The notes under the pieces are model-generated. The model was not told where the DNA came from and did no database searches. It saw only the letters and a list, made by a program, of their open reading frames with translations. Below are positions 1 to 9,742 of a DNA stretch of 64,000 nucleotides, piece after piece. Each line of letters starts with the position of its first letter. The first letter of the stretch is position 1. A program made the translations under genes and the position numbers. This DNA comes from Thermodesulfobacteriota bacterium. Lineage in GTDB: Bacteria > Desulfobacterota_D > UBA1144 > Nemesobacterales > JAJCZQ01. Location: the NCBI GenBank assembly GCA_965215275.1, contig OZ244044.1, positions 1,792,001 to 1,856,000 on the forward strand, read 5' to 3'.

Positions 1-775
1 TTTCTTTCAGTTTTCTTGCTTCTGATAATGATACGGAAAGTCCCAGTGCTATATCTTTGTCCAGGTGGTCACCACCCAGGGTCAGGTTCTCTGTATATTT
101 TATACTTCCTCCTGAAAAAACACCAAGATCGGTCGTTCCTCCTCCACAATCTATCATAATAACTCCGATCTCTTTTTCATCTTCTGTCAGCACTGCCTCG
201 CTTGATGCGATCTGTTCCAGTATAACGTCAGATACGTCCATTCCAGCCAGATGTACGCATTTTATAAGGTTTTGGGCTGCAGTTACCTGTCCCGTGACTA
301 TGTGGACCACGGTTTCCAGTTTTATACCGCACATACCTATTGGTTCTTTTATTTTTGGTTCGCCATCCACGATGTATTCCCTGGGTATTACGTGAATGAT
401 CTCCCGATCGGCTGGTATAATAAGAGCATTGGCGGATTCTATTACTCTTTCCACGTCCCGTTCCGTAACCTCTCTGCTTCGCAGCGTTATCATTCCATGT
501 CCCGTGATCCCCTTGATATGACCGCCTGCAATGCCAACGTTAACATTTTGAATTTCACACCCGGACATTCTCTCCGCAAGCTCAACGGCGAGTTTTATTG
601 ACTCCACCGTTCTTTCAATATTTACCACTACTCCTCTTTTTAGTCCGTGCGAAGGCTTAGAACCTAATCCAATTATCTCTACTTTACCGTTAACCACTTC
701 ACCAACGATGGCACATATCTTGGTTGTGCCAAGGTCGAGCCCCACTATTATGTCTTTTTTTTCTTTTGTGGCCAT
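1..775 (-). CDS. ftsA: Cell division protein FtsA (5' part; runs off window start)
   Basis: Manual translation from the ATG at 773-775 gives MATKEKKDIIVGLDLGTTKICAIVG; directly follows ftsQ in the dcw cluster; absent from the ORF track because it is truncated. Confidence 0.93.
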   Translation of the reverse strand, partial: MATKEKKDIIVGLDLGTTKICAIVGEVVNGKVEIIGLGSKPSHGLKRGVVVNIERTVESIKLAVELAERMSGCEIQNVNVGIAGGHIKGITGHGMITLRSREVTERDVERVIESANALIIPADREIIHVIPREYIVDGEPKIKEPIGMCGIKLETVVHIVTGQVTAAQNLIKCVHLAGMDVSDVILEQIASSEAVLTEDEKEIGVIMIDCGGGTTDLGVFSGGSIKYTENLTLGGDHLDKDIALGLSVSLSEARKLKE

Positions 776-781
776 GATCTA

Positions 782-1489
782 TTAAGCGTTAAAATCGATA
801 ATCCCTAATTCCTCCGAGCTTATGTTTATGTATTTTTCCATGAGGTTTTTACTTCTTGCCTTACTTATGATCTTTTCCACTCTGTACCATTTAATTGTAA
901 GATTATCTGTTCCAAAGTCTATATATCTTCTGTCATTTGTTATCATTCTGATGCCCAGGCTGTTTGAGAGCCTTATTTCCGATATTTCTTTCCAGTTCAA
1001 TACATTACTCTGTTTAGACAGCTTTAAAAGTGCAATAGCGTCAAGTATAAGTGCATCATTGTGTTTTCCGTCCATGCTGATGACAGGAAAATCCATACTT
1101 TCTATTCTGCTGGTCTTTCCAAATATCTTTCCATCGTCGCTTATATAGGAATATTCAGTCTGATCTTTTGCAAAGATACAGAACGGCTTACGTTCCTGTA
1201 CCTTTATTACGACCCTTTTGGGGTACTCCTTGGAGATCGAGACATTTTTTATCCACGGGTTTTTTAATATTTCATTTTTAACACGTTCGCTGTAGAAAAA
1301 TATGTTACTTATTCCTTTCATAATACCTGACCTTTTAATTATTTCATTGTCAGACACTCGAACGTTTCCGTTTACAGTCACCTTTTCGACCATGAAATAC
1401 TCGTATTTGAATATCAGTATGTAAAAGGCGACAGATACTACTGCTATACTGGTAAGAATAAAGGTCCTTGCGGCTAAGGGTTTGTTCAT
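782..1489 (-). CDS. ftsQ: Cell division protein FtsQ/DivIB
   Basis: N-terminal TM helix then POTRA-like segment (VTVNGNVRVS...NPWIKNVSISKEYPKRVVIKVQER); lies between murB and ftsA. Confidence 0.88.
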   Translation of the reverse strand: MNKPLAARTFILTSIAVVSVAFYILIFKYEYFMVEKVTVNGNVRVSDNEIIKRSGIMKGISNIFFYSERVKNEILKNPWIKNVSISKEYPKRVVIKVQERKPFCIFAKDQTEYSYISDDGKIFGKTSRIESMDFPVISMDGKHNDALILDAIALLKLSKQSNVLNWKEISEIRLSNSLGIRMITNDRRYIDFGTDNLTIKWYRVEKIISKARSKNLMEKYINISSEELGIIDFNA

Positions 1490-1492
1490 CTT

Positions 1493-2389
1493 TTACCTGT
1501 CTCCTAATATTTTTACTTCCGCCTCTAAGGTAATACCTTCTTCTTCATAGGCTTTTTCCTTCGCAAGTTTAATTAAACTTATCACGTCGTCTGCACTTGC
1601 CTTGTTGTGATTGACGATAAAGTTCGCATGAAGTTCGGAAAACTTTGCTCCTCCGATCTGATATCCCTTGAATCCGAGTTTTTCCAGAAGTTTTCCGGCG
1701 GCAATCGTATCCGGGTTTTTAAATATTGACCCGGTGTTTGGAAAGTTCACCGGCTGTGTCTGATTTCTGTAAGTGAGATATTCCTTGACGTTCTGCAGGC
1801 TTTTCTGTCTGTTTTCTCTTGTCAGTTTAAACAGTGCCTTTGTGATCACGCATCCTGGCGGGAGGTCCGTTCTTCTGTATTCAAAGTTTATTTCATCTCG
1901 TTTGAGCTGTGTTTCTTTACCGTTGTTCCAGATCCATACTTTATCAACGATGTCCTTGATCTCTTTACCGTTCGCCCCGGCGTTCATATATACTCCACCA
2001 CCGACCGTTCCTGGAATACCAGCTGCAAATTCAAAACCACCAAGTCCCATATTAAAGGTTTTGTTCATAATGGCCGACAGCATTGCTCCGCATTCGGCCA
2101 GAACGCGGTTATCCCTGGTTATGCTGAACTTTTTTAATTTTTTAGTGCTGATGACCATTCCTTCGATCCCGCTGTCTTTTATAATGGTGTTTGACCCGGC
2201 ACCGAGAACTGTGGTTTTAACGGATAACCTGTAAGTAACGTTAAGTATTTTTACGAGTTTTTCCACACTGTCGGGATAGACTATCAGATCAGCGTTACCG
2301 CCGACCTTCAGAGTGACGTATCTGCTCATTGGAAATCCCAGGTGAGTTTCGGGGTTATATTCCTTTATCTGACCCAGTAGTTCGCTCAT
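1493..2389 (-). CDS. murB: UDP-N-acetylenolpyruvoylglucosamine reductase
   Basis: LGAGSN, GIPGTVGGGVYMNAGA, GSIFKNP and HANFIVN motifs. Confidence 0.97.
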   Translation of the reverse strand: MSELLGQIKEYNPETHLGFPMSRYVTLKVGGNADLIVYPDSVEKLVKILNVTYRLSVKTTVLGAGSNTIIKDSGIEGMVISTKKLKKFSITRDNRVLAECGAMLSAIMNKTFNMGLGGFEFAAGIPGTVGGGVYMNAGANGKEIKDIVDKVWIWNNGKETQLKRDEINFEYRRTDLPPGCVITKALFKLTRENRQKSLQNVKEYLTYRNQTQPVNFPNTGSIFKNPDTIAAGKLLEKLGFKGYQIGGAKFSELHANFIVNHNKASADDVISLIKLAKEKAYEEEGITLEAEVKILGDR

Positions 2390-3753
2390 TGAAGTATTTT
2401 TAATAGTTCTTCTCCGTACATCCAGACGTTCCCTGCCCCGGCCGTTAAAATTATATCTCCAGGACTTACGCTGTTCTTTATTTTCTCAAACAGCTCTTCC
2501 CTGTCCCTTACGTAGCAGGCACCGCTGTTCCCTGCTCTTACTATTTCTTCCACTAATTTTTTAGAGGTAACGCCGTTCAGCGGGTTCTCTCCCGCTGGAT
2601 ATATATCGAGCACGTAAAGTTTTTCCACCTTTCCCAGGACTTTGACGAACTCCTGAAAGAGCATGTCCGTTCGCGTGAAGCGGTGAGGTTGAAATATCAG
2701 CATGGGTTTTCTGGAAAAGGAATCTTCAATTGATTCAAGTGTAGCCTGGATCTCTGTGGGGTGGTGTCCGTAGTCATCAATGACCAGTACGTCGTTTGCC
2801 TTTCCCTTTAGCTGTAACCTTCTGTCTATTCCCGTGAAGCTGTTCAATCCTTCTGCAATGTCATTGAAGTTCATTTCAAATTCAAGACCAATGGCAATTG
2901 CGCTCAGTGCGTTAAGTGCGTTATGCTTACCCGGGATCGAAAGTTCTATCGTTCCAAGTTTATCACCTTTGTAAAAAGCATTGAACTTGGTATTAAAGCC
3001 ATCGATTTTTACGTCTTCCGGATAAAAATCCGTTTTTTTATCAAATCCGTATGTAACGAACCTTTTCTTACATTCAGAAGCGATATAGCTGACCCTGGGG
3101 CAGTCCGTACAGAGTACCGCCAGTCCGTAAAAGGGTATTTTATCTATAAAACCTGCAAATGAGTCGACCAGGTTTTCTATATCTCCGTAGTGATCAAGAT
3201 GTTCCTTGTCAACGTTGGTAAGAACCGTAATGATCGGAGATAACCTCTGAAATGATCCATCGCTTTCGTCAGCTTCAACCACCATAAGGTTATTTTTCCC
3301 CAGATGGGCATTTGATCCAAGGTTTTTTATTTTACCCCCGACTACAATGGTCGGGTCGAAATTACCATACCTCAGGACCGTCGATATGAGAGAGGTCGAG
3401 GTCGTTTTCCCGTGGCTGCCTGTTATGGCTATCCCGTATTTTAATCTCATGGTCTCGGCAAGCATTTCTGCTCTCTGTACTACGGGAATATTGTTCTTTT
3501 TAGCCTCCATGATCTCCGGATTGTCCATTCCTACCGCTGAAGATATCACCACGGCGTCACTTCCTGAGATATTATCAGGGCAGTGACCTATACTTACCTT
3601 TATCCCCAGGCTTTCCAGTCTCTGCGTGGTGCCTGAACTCTTTATATCCGATCCGGATATCTCATAGTTCATGTTGTTAAGCACTTCGGCTATACCGCTC
3701 ATTCCAATTCCACCGATCCCAACAAAATGCAGTTTTTTTATCTTTCCATACAT
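2386..3753 (-). CDS. murC: UDP-N-acetylmuramate-L-alanine ligase
   Basis: HFVGIGGIGMSGIA, GSHGKTTST, EADESD and DDYGHHPTEI motifs. Confidence 0.98.
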   Translation of the reverse strand: MYGKIKKLHFVGIGGIGMSGIAEVLNNMNYEISGSDIKSSGTTQRLESLGIKVSIGHCPDNISGSDAVVISSAVGMDNPEIMEAKKNNIPVVQRAEMLAETMRLKYGIAITGSHGKTTSTSLISTVLRYGNFDPTIVVGGKIKNLGSNAHLGKNNLMVVEADESDGSFQRLSPIITVLTNVDKEHLDHYGDIENLVDSFAGFIDKIPFYGLAVLCTDCPRVSYIASECKKRFVTYGFDKKTDFYPEDVKIDGFNTKFNAFYKGDKLGTIELSIPGKHNALNALSAIAIGLEFEMNFNDIAEGLNSFTGIDRRLQLKGKANDVLVIDDYGHHPTEIQATLESIEDSFSRKPMLIFQPHRFTRTDMLFQEFVKVLGKVEKLYVLDIYPAGENPLNGVTSKKLVEEIVRAGNSGACYVRDREELFEKIKNSVSPGDIILTAGAGNVWMYGEELLKILQ

Positions 3754-4829
3754 TATCGTTCACTCGTTAGAGAGCAGAGCTGTTCAACGATCAGGTCCGC
3801 AGCGTCGGGTTTTGCAAGTTTTAAGGAGATCTCTGACATTTGATCAAGTTTTTGAGTGTTAAGTATACAGTTTATCCTGTTTGATAGACCGATTTCATCA
3901 AGAACGTTTTCTTCAATAACGAAAGAAGCTCCTGCCTTTTCCATGAATCTGGCGTTGAGCAGTTGATGGTCATGTGCGGCATGAGGCAGAGGGATAAGAA
4001 TGGAAGCCTTGCCCGTTGCAGTGATCTCCGATATGGTACCCGCGCCGGCCCTTGATATTATCAGGTCGCTTTTTCTGTAAAGTTCTGCAATGTCGTTCCT
4101 GAAGCTGAACACGTTCGAGTTTAGTTTAAGTTCATTATAGGTACTTCTGACCATGTCTTCGTTCTTTTTTCCCGTCTGGTGGAATATCTCTAATTTTCCG
4201 ACTGTCACCTTTGCTAAAGCTCTGGGTACGACCCTGTTGAGAGCGGCGGCACCCTGGCTGCCACCTATAACAAGTATGGTTTTCTGTCCGTCCGTTTCAG
4301 GTTTATGTTCATTGCTTTTCTGTCTGAACTCAGGTCGCAGCGGATTTCCCGTAAGAACGCTTTTTTTTTGAGAGAAATATTTTGCACTGCCGGCAAAAGT
4401 TAAAAATATTTTATCTGAAAATCTGGATAAAAGGCGATTCGTCAGTCCTGGTACCATATTCTGCTCACAGATGGCAGTTGGAATGGACCTTAAACGCGCG
4501 CAAAGCACCGTGGGACCAGACGCGTATCCCCCGACCCCAAGAACGACTTCCGGGTTAAAGGACCTGATGATCCTGGATGCTGTAAAAATGCCGTCCAGCG
4601 CGGATATAACGGCCCTGATTTTCTCGCCGGTTCCTTTACCGACAAATCCCCTTGAGTTTATAAACTCAATATCAAAACCCATTTTTGGTATTATATCTTT
4701 TTCCAGTCCGTTTTGTGTTCCTACGAAAAGTATCCTGTTATCTTCAGACCTGTTTTTGATCTCTTTGGCTATTGCCAGAGCTGAAAATATATGTCCACCT
4801 GTTCCTCCACCGGCAATTATTATTTTCAT
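3753..4829 (-). CDS. murG: Undecaprenyl-PP-MurNAc-pentapeptide GlcNAc transferase
   Basis: GGGTGGHI, GGSQGA and SRAGAGT motifs. Confidence 0.97.
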   Translation of the reverse strand: MKIIIAGGGTGGHIFSALAIAKEIKNRSEDNRILFVGTQNGLEKDIIPKMGFDIEFINSRGFVGKGTGEKIRAVISALDGIFTASRIIRSFNPEVVLGVGGYASGPTVLCARLRSIPTAICEQNMVPGLTNRLLSRFSDKIFLTFAGSAKYFSQKKSVLTGNPLRPEFRQKSNEHKPETDGQKTILVIGGSQGAAALNRVVPRALAKVTVGKLEIFHQTGKKNEDMVRSTYNELKLNSNVFSFRNDIAELYRKSDLIISRAGAGTISEITATGKASILIPLPHAAHDHQLLNARFMEKAGASFVIEENVLDEIGLSNRINCILNTQKLDQMSEISLKLAKPDAADLIVEQLCSLTSER

Positions 4830-5938
4830 CTTTTTTTTGCCTTTGATACATTAAGTATTATTCCCATTGCCGTCAGGCTGCATATAAGTGAACTTCCACC
4901 ATAGCTTATAAAAGGCAGTGTGATCCCCTTTGTCGGGATCAGTCCGACTGCCACTGCCATATTTGTCACTGCCTGGATCGCAATGAGAAATGCAAAGCCG
5001 CACACGAGGTAGCGTCCAAAAGGGTCCGGAGCTTTCATGGCGATCTTTATACTTCTGTAAAAAATAAACAAAAAAACCATAATTACGCAAGCTACGGCTA
5101 TAAAGCCCAGTTCTTCCCCTATTATTGAAAATATAAAGTCCGTGTAGGCATGGGGTAAAAAGAACAGTTTCTGGGTACTGTTCCCCAGTCCTGTGCCGGA
5201 GATCCCTCCTACTCCAAAGGCAATAAAGGACTGTACCGTCTGGTACCCGGTCCCGAGCGGGTCTTTCCATGGATCTAAGAACGACAGCAATCTCTCCATC
5301 CTGTAGGTCTTTGTCATTATTGCAAAGGTGGAAAAGATCGCCACGATAAAAGGCATGGTAAGGATATACTGTATTCTCACGTTACCTATGAACATCATTA
5401 TAATACAGATTATAAGTATGATCGCTGAAGTGCCAAAGTCCGGCTGCAGGAATATAAGGGTTATGAATATCCCGGCCATGACAACGTGGGAGAGGAATCC
5501 AACGGAGAAACTCTTTATTTTATCCTTTTTTTTGTCAAGCGAGTGGGCGAGGTAAAGCAGAACCACGAATTTAGCCAGCTCGGCGGGCTGAAAGGTGAAC
5601 GTTCCCAGTTCCAGCCATCTTTGAGCGCCGCCAACTTTCTTTCCCATGCCCGGTATTAACACGGCTATGAGAAGGATCAGGCAGATCATGTAAGCAGGAT
5701 AAACAAGATTTCTCAACAGCCTGTAATCCAGGTGCATGAAAACTATCATTGAAGACAGACCCAGCAGAAGATAGAGTGAATGCAGTTTGAGAAACCTTAA
5801 AGGGTCGTCGTAAACTTCAAGTGCGTAAACCGAACTTGTGCTGTAAACCATCAGTGCACCAAAGCATGATATGAAGACCACTAATATGAACAGAGGAAAA
5901 TCGTAGTTATTTTTTAAGGAGTTATATGCTTTTGACAA
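4826..5938 (-). CDS. ftsW: Peptidoglycan glycosyltransferase FtsW (start uncertain: TTG 5938 or ATG 5968)
   Basis: GAQRW, FQPAELAK, QPDFGT, TDFIFSIIGEELG and LPFISYGGSS SEDS motifs; the ORF-track start at 6022 overlaps murD too far. Confidence 0.95.
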   Translation of the reverse strand: MSKAYNSLKNNYDFPLFILVVFISCFGALMVYSTSSVYALEVYDDPLRFLKLHSLYLLLGLSSMIVFMHLDYRLLRNLVYPAYMICLILLIAVLIPGMGKKVGGAQRWLELGTFTFQPAELAKFVVLLYLAHSLDKKKDKIKSFSVGFLSHVVMAGIFITLIFLQPDFGTSAIILIICIIMMFIGNVRIQYILTMPFIVAIFSTFAIMTKTYRMERLLSFLDPWKDPLGTGYQTVQSFIAFGVGGISGTGLGNSTQKLFFLPHAYTDFIFSIIGEELGFIAVACVIMVFLFIFYRSIKIAMKAPDPFGRYLVCGFAFLIAIQAVTNMAVAVGLIPTKGITLPFISYGGSSLICSLTAMGIILNVSKAKKR

Positions 5939-7250
5939 TTTCTTTAAATATCCCTCCTCTTTGTTCATAGGATTCGAACATATCAAAACTTGAACAGGCC
6001 GGAGAAAAAAGCAGAGTGACATTGCGGCATGGAACTGAAAAAGCGGTTTTGACCGCCTCGTTCAGATCGCTTACCATCGTTGTGCGGACATGGTCTCCTA
6101 CCTGCTGTTTTATTCTCGTTTTTGCTTCCCCAAAAAGTATCAGATGTTTTACCTTACTTCCTAAAGCGGACTTTAAAACGGAGTAATCCATCCCTTTGTC
6201 CTTACCTCCCGCAAGAAGTATGATGGGGGATGGAACGCTCTCAATGGCTTTAAGCGTGGCATCCGGGTTCGTGGATTTGGAATCATTGTATATATCAAGG
6301 CCCAGATGGTTCCCTATGTATTCGATCCTGTGAGGAAGCGGCCTGAAGCCCTTTATGGCGTCTTCGATCGCTTTGTTTTTACAGCCGAGCAGTTTTGCAG
6401 CGGTTATTGCACACATTGCATTTTGTAAATTATGAGCACCTCTTAGCATCAGGCCGTTCAGATCGAATTTATCATCTCTGAAAGAGATGAGATTATTTCC
6501 AGTAATTGCCAGTTCATTATTTTTTCCCTTTCCAAAAGGAACGACCGTGGACCTGATGTCTGGCAGGTGATCTCTGACCCGTTCGTGATCCGTGTTTACG
6601 ATCGCCCAGTCGTCTTCGGTCTGATTTTTAAAAATATTCATCTTTGAGCTGAAATACTCGTTAAAATCCCTGTGATGGTCCAGATGGTTGGAAGATATAT
6701 TAAGAAAGATGGCAATATGGGGCCTGAACCTGTCGATCGTCTGCAGTTGAAAGCTGCTCGTTTCCAGCAGGATAAGATCGTAGTCCGATGAACGATGGGC
6801 GATCGATATTGCGGGTGTTCCTATGTTCCCACCGACAAAGACCCTGTATCCGGAACTGGAGAGTATTTCACCTGTTAAGCTGGTCGTGGTCGTTTTTCCG
6901 TTTGTCCCGGTGACCGCAATAATGGGTTTTTCTATAAACTGATAGGCGAGTTCTATCTCACTGATCGTTTTTTTGCCCAGGTCCAGGGCTTTCCGTATAA
7001 ATGGAGTATTGGGACTGACCCCAGGGCTGATCACTATCTCGTCACACCACTTTAAGTAACTTTCCGAGTGTCTGCCGAACTCGATCTGCACTCCTGAACT
7101 GCACAGCCCGTTTATTTCAGCTGGCAGGTTATCGGCAGAGGACAGGTCAGAACCCCTTACTTCTATATTTTTACCCTTTAAAAACCTTATAGTTTCAATT
7201 CCGGTCTTTTTCAGTCCTATGACCAGATATTTTTTTGCGTTCCCGCTCAT
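5922..7250 (-). CDS. murD: UDP-MurNAc-L-Ala-D-glutamate ligase
   Basis: VTGTNGKTTTT, ETSSFQL, NDSKSTN and SPACSSFDMF motifs. Confidence 0.97.
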   Translation of the reverse strand: MSGNAKKYLVIGLKKTGIETIRFLKGKNIEVRGSDLSSADNLPAEINGLCSSGVQIEFGRHSESYLKWCDEIVISPGVSPNTPFIRKALDLGKKTISEIELAYQFIEKPIIAVTGTNGKTTTTSLTGEILSSSGYRVFVGGNIGTPAISIAHRSSDYDLILLETSSFQLQTIDRFRPHIAIFLNISSNHLDHHRDFNEYFSSKMNIFKNQTEDDWAIVNTDHERVRDHLPDIRSTVVPFGKGKNNELAITGNNLISFRDDKFDLNGLMLRGAHNLQNAMCAITAAKLLGCKNKAIEDAIKGFRPLPHRIEYIGNHLGLDIYNDSKSTNPDATLKAIESVPSPIILLAGGKDKGMDYSVLKSALGSKVKHLILFGEAKTRIKQQVGDHVRTTMVSDLNEAVKTAFSVPCRNVTLLFSPACSSFDMFESYEQRGGIFKEIVKSI

Positions 7251-7251
7251 T

Positions 7252-8364
7252 TTACCTTAGTTTCAGGGTGGCCAGTGCCATAAGGGCAAACACTATTGAT
7301 ATTATCCAGAACCGTATTACGACTTTGGACTCTGACCATCCGCTTAGTTCAAAATGATGGTGCAGGGGGGCCATTTTCAAGATCCTTTTTCCCGTTAATT
7401 TAAATGACGTCATCTGCAGGATCACTGAAAGTGCCTCTATAACGAAAAGTCCACCTACGATCACCAGAAGCAGTTCCTGCTTGATTACTATTGCTGAAAA
7501 CCCTATGACTGCTCCCAGCGTCATAGAACCTACGTCTCCCATAAAGACCTGGGCCGGATGAGAGTTGTACCAGAGGAACCCTAGACACGCCCCGCCTATT
7601 GCAGATAGAAAAACTGCCAGTTCTCCGCCCACGGGTATATAGGGTATCTGCAGGTAGCTTGAAAATTCAGAGTTCCCGGCAATGTAGGCCAGGATAATGT
7701 AGGTCGATATCGCAACTGCGATTGAACCTATGGCCAGTCCATCGAGTCCGTCGGTGAAATTGACGGCGTTCGATGTACCGATTATGACAAGGAGTGCAAA
7801 TGGGATATAAAAGATCCCCAGTTTTATAACGGCTTTTTTAAAAAATGGAAAGACCACTGACGTATGTTCATAGAAGGTATTCTCGTTAACTCCATAGGAC
7901 ATGGTGAACACCCCTTCCTGCACGGAAAGTAAAAGAACTATGAACATGGAACCGACTATCATCTGGAGCAGGAGCTTGACCCTTGCTCTCATGCCGTTGT
8001 TACTGGTGAGCTTGAACCAGTCGTCCAGAAATCCGATAAGCGAGAAGCCGATCATGGAAACAAGCATCACGATCATTATCATGTTGCTTATATTTACCCA
8101 TAAGAGAGTTGAAATTATAATTGCAAGGACGATGAAGGTACCTCCCATCGTGGGGGTTCCTGATTTGGCTTTGTGGGAAGATGGTCCGTCTTCTCTGATA
8201 CTTTCCCTGACCTGCCTTGCCTGCAGGAAATTTATGAACTTCTGTCCGAGGAATATGCAGATAAGGAACGCGGTAACCCCTGCTCCGAACGAACGAAAAG
8301 TGATGTATTTGAACACGTTGAATAAAATAAAATGTTCTTTCAGATAAAATAAAAAATAGAGCAT
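7252..8364 (-). CDS. mraY: Phospho-N-acetylmuramoyl-pentapeptide transferase
   Basis: KSGTPTMGG, NAVNFTDGLDGLA, FMGDVGS and MAPLHHHFE motifs. Confidence 0.98.
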   Translation of the reverse strand: MLYFLFYLKEHFILFNVFKYITFRSFGAGVTAFLICIFLGQKFINFLQARQVRESIREDGPSSHKAKSGTPTMGGTFIVLAIIISTLLWVNISNMIMIVMLVSMIGFSLIGFLDDWFKLTSNNGMRARVKLLLQMIVGSMFIVLLLSVQEGVFTMSYGVNENTFYEHTSVVFPFFKKAVIKLGIFYIPFALLVIIGTSNAVNFTDGLDGLAIGSIAVAISTYIILAYIAGNSEFSSYLQIPYIPVGGELAVFLSAIGGACLGFLWYNSHPAQVFMGDVGSMTLGAVIGFSAIVIKQELLLVIVGGLFVIEALSVILQMTSFKLTGKRILKMAPLHHHFELSGWSESKVVIRFWIISIVFALMALATLKLR

Positions 8365-8368
8365 TGTA

Positions 8369-9742
8369 TCAGTTCAGAAACTTTATCGTGTTTTCCATTT
8401 TCATACCGCGGGACCCCTTAAGCAGTATAAAATCATTATTTTCTGCGTTTGCAACAAGAATTCTTGCAGCTTCCTCGTGCGTTTCAACGTGCAGGTTGTC
8501 CACTTCACCTTCAAGTTCTTCATTTATAAGCTTTGATAGTTCTCCATAGGTTATCACCATATCTATGTTCAGGTTTTTTATATGCCTGCCAATTTCCTTG
8601 TGCTCGCTGCCGCTGCCGGGTCCGAGTTCAAGCATATCTCCCAGTACGGCGATCACCTTGTTGTCGTTTTTTAACCTGGAAAGTTCAGTAAGGGCACTGG
8701 ACATGGACGTGGGATTGGCATTATAGGAGTCGTTGATGATCCTGAATCCATGATCGGTCTGTATTATTTCAAGTCTCATGCTTACGGGTTCGTACGTTTT
8801 TATGCCTTCAACTATCTCCTCCAGCGAATACCCTAATGAGCATGCTATTGCTGACGCACAGAGAGCGTTCATAACGTTATGTGTACCAAAGCCCTTTATT
8901 CTCGCTTCCTCGGACCTGCCGTTTATGATCAGGTCGAAGGTTATGGCTTCAGTTCCCCTGCTCCTTATATTATCAGCACGTATATCAGCGCTCTTGCTGC
9001 TTAGACCGTAGGTGATCTTACGGCAGTTCAGTCCGGAGGCCATTATACTTATGTACGGGTCGTCCACGTTTACAATAAAGTCATTGTCCCTGCCGAACTT
9101 TTCGATCATCTCTCCCTTTGCTTTTGCCACGCCTTCAAGGGTTTTCATCTTTTTCAGGTGTCCTCTGCCGATGTTCGTTATAGCTCCTATGTCCGGTTGG
9201 GCCATACTGGTGAGCTGTCTGATCTCGCCAAAGTCGTTCATCCCGATCTCAGCCACGCATATATCGTGGCTGTCGTTCAGTTTAAGCAGCGTCAGCGGGA
9301 GTCCGAGATGGTTGTTTAGATTGCCCTGATTTTTCAATACCTTCTTTTTTACTGACAGGATGCCGGCGGTTATTTCTTTTGTTGTTGTTTTACCGTTCGT
9401 GCCGGTGATACACGCGACTTTAAGCTTTTTATAACGATTTCTCCATGTGTTTGCCATCTGTCCGAGCGCTTCAGCAGTGGAACGCACTTTCATTATCGTT
9501 TTATTATCTTTCATTTTCAGATTTTCAGGTACACGTTCAAGTATCACGCCGGCTGCCCCTTTTTCAAATGCCTCGTTAATAAAGTCATGACCATCGAACC
9601 TGTCTCCCCTTATGGCGATGAAGAGATCTCCTGAAACTATCTTTCTGCTGTCAATTGATATATCGCTGAAGTACCTTGCTGCGGACCTGTCCGACACTAC
9701 TTCACAACCTGATGACCTTATTATGAATTCTCGTTCGAACAT
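8369..9742 (-). CDS. murF: UDP-MurNAc-tripeptide-D-Ala-D-Ala ligase
   Basis: TGTNGKTTTKE, INDSYNANPTSM, LGDMLELG and KGSRGMKME motifs. Confidence 0.97.
   Translation of the reverse strand: MFEREFIIRSSGCEVVSDRSAARYFSDISIDSRKIVSGDLFIAIRGDRFDGHDFINEAFEKGAAGVILERVPENLKMKDNKTIMKVRSTAEALGQMANTWRNRYKKLKVACITGTNGKTTTKEITAGILSVKKKVLKNQGNLNNHLGLPLTLLKLNDSHDICVAEIGMNDFGEIRQLTSMAQPDIGAITNIGRGHLKKMKTLEGVAKAKGEMIEKFGRDNDFIVNVDDPYISIMASGLNCRKITYGLSSKSADIRADNIRSRGTEAITFDLIINGRSEEARIKGFGTHNVMNALCASAIACSLGYSLEEIVEGIKTYEPVSMRLEIIQTDHGFRIINDSYNANPTSMSSALTELSRLKNDNKVIAVLGDMLELGPGSGSEHKEIGRHIKNLNIDMVITYGELSKLINEELEGEVDNLHVETHEEAARILVANAENNDFILLKGSRGMKMENTIKFLN

Noticed and set aside
57..601. Plus-strand ORFs of 112 and 116 aa
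   Set aside because: Antisense shadows of ftsA; the same applies to the many short ORFs opposite core genes throughout the track
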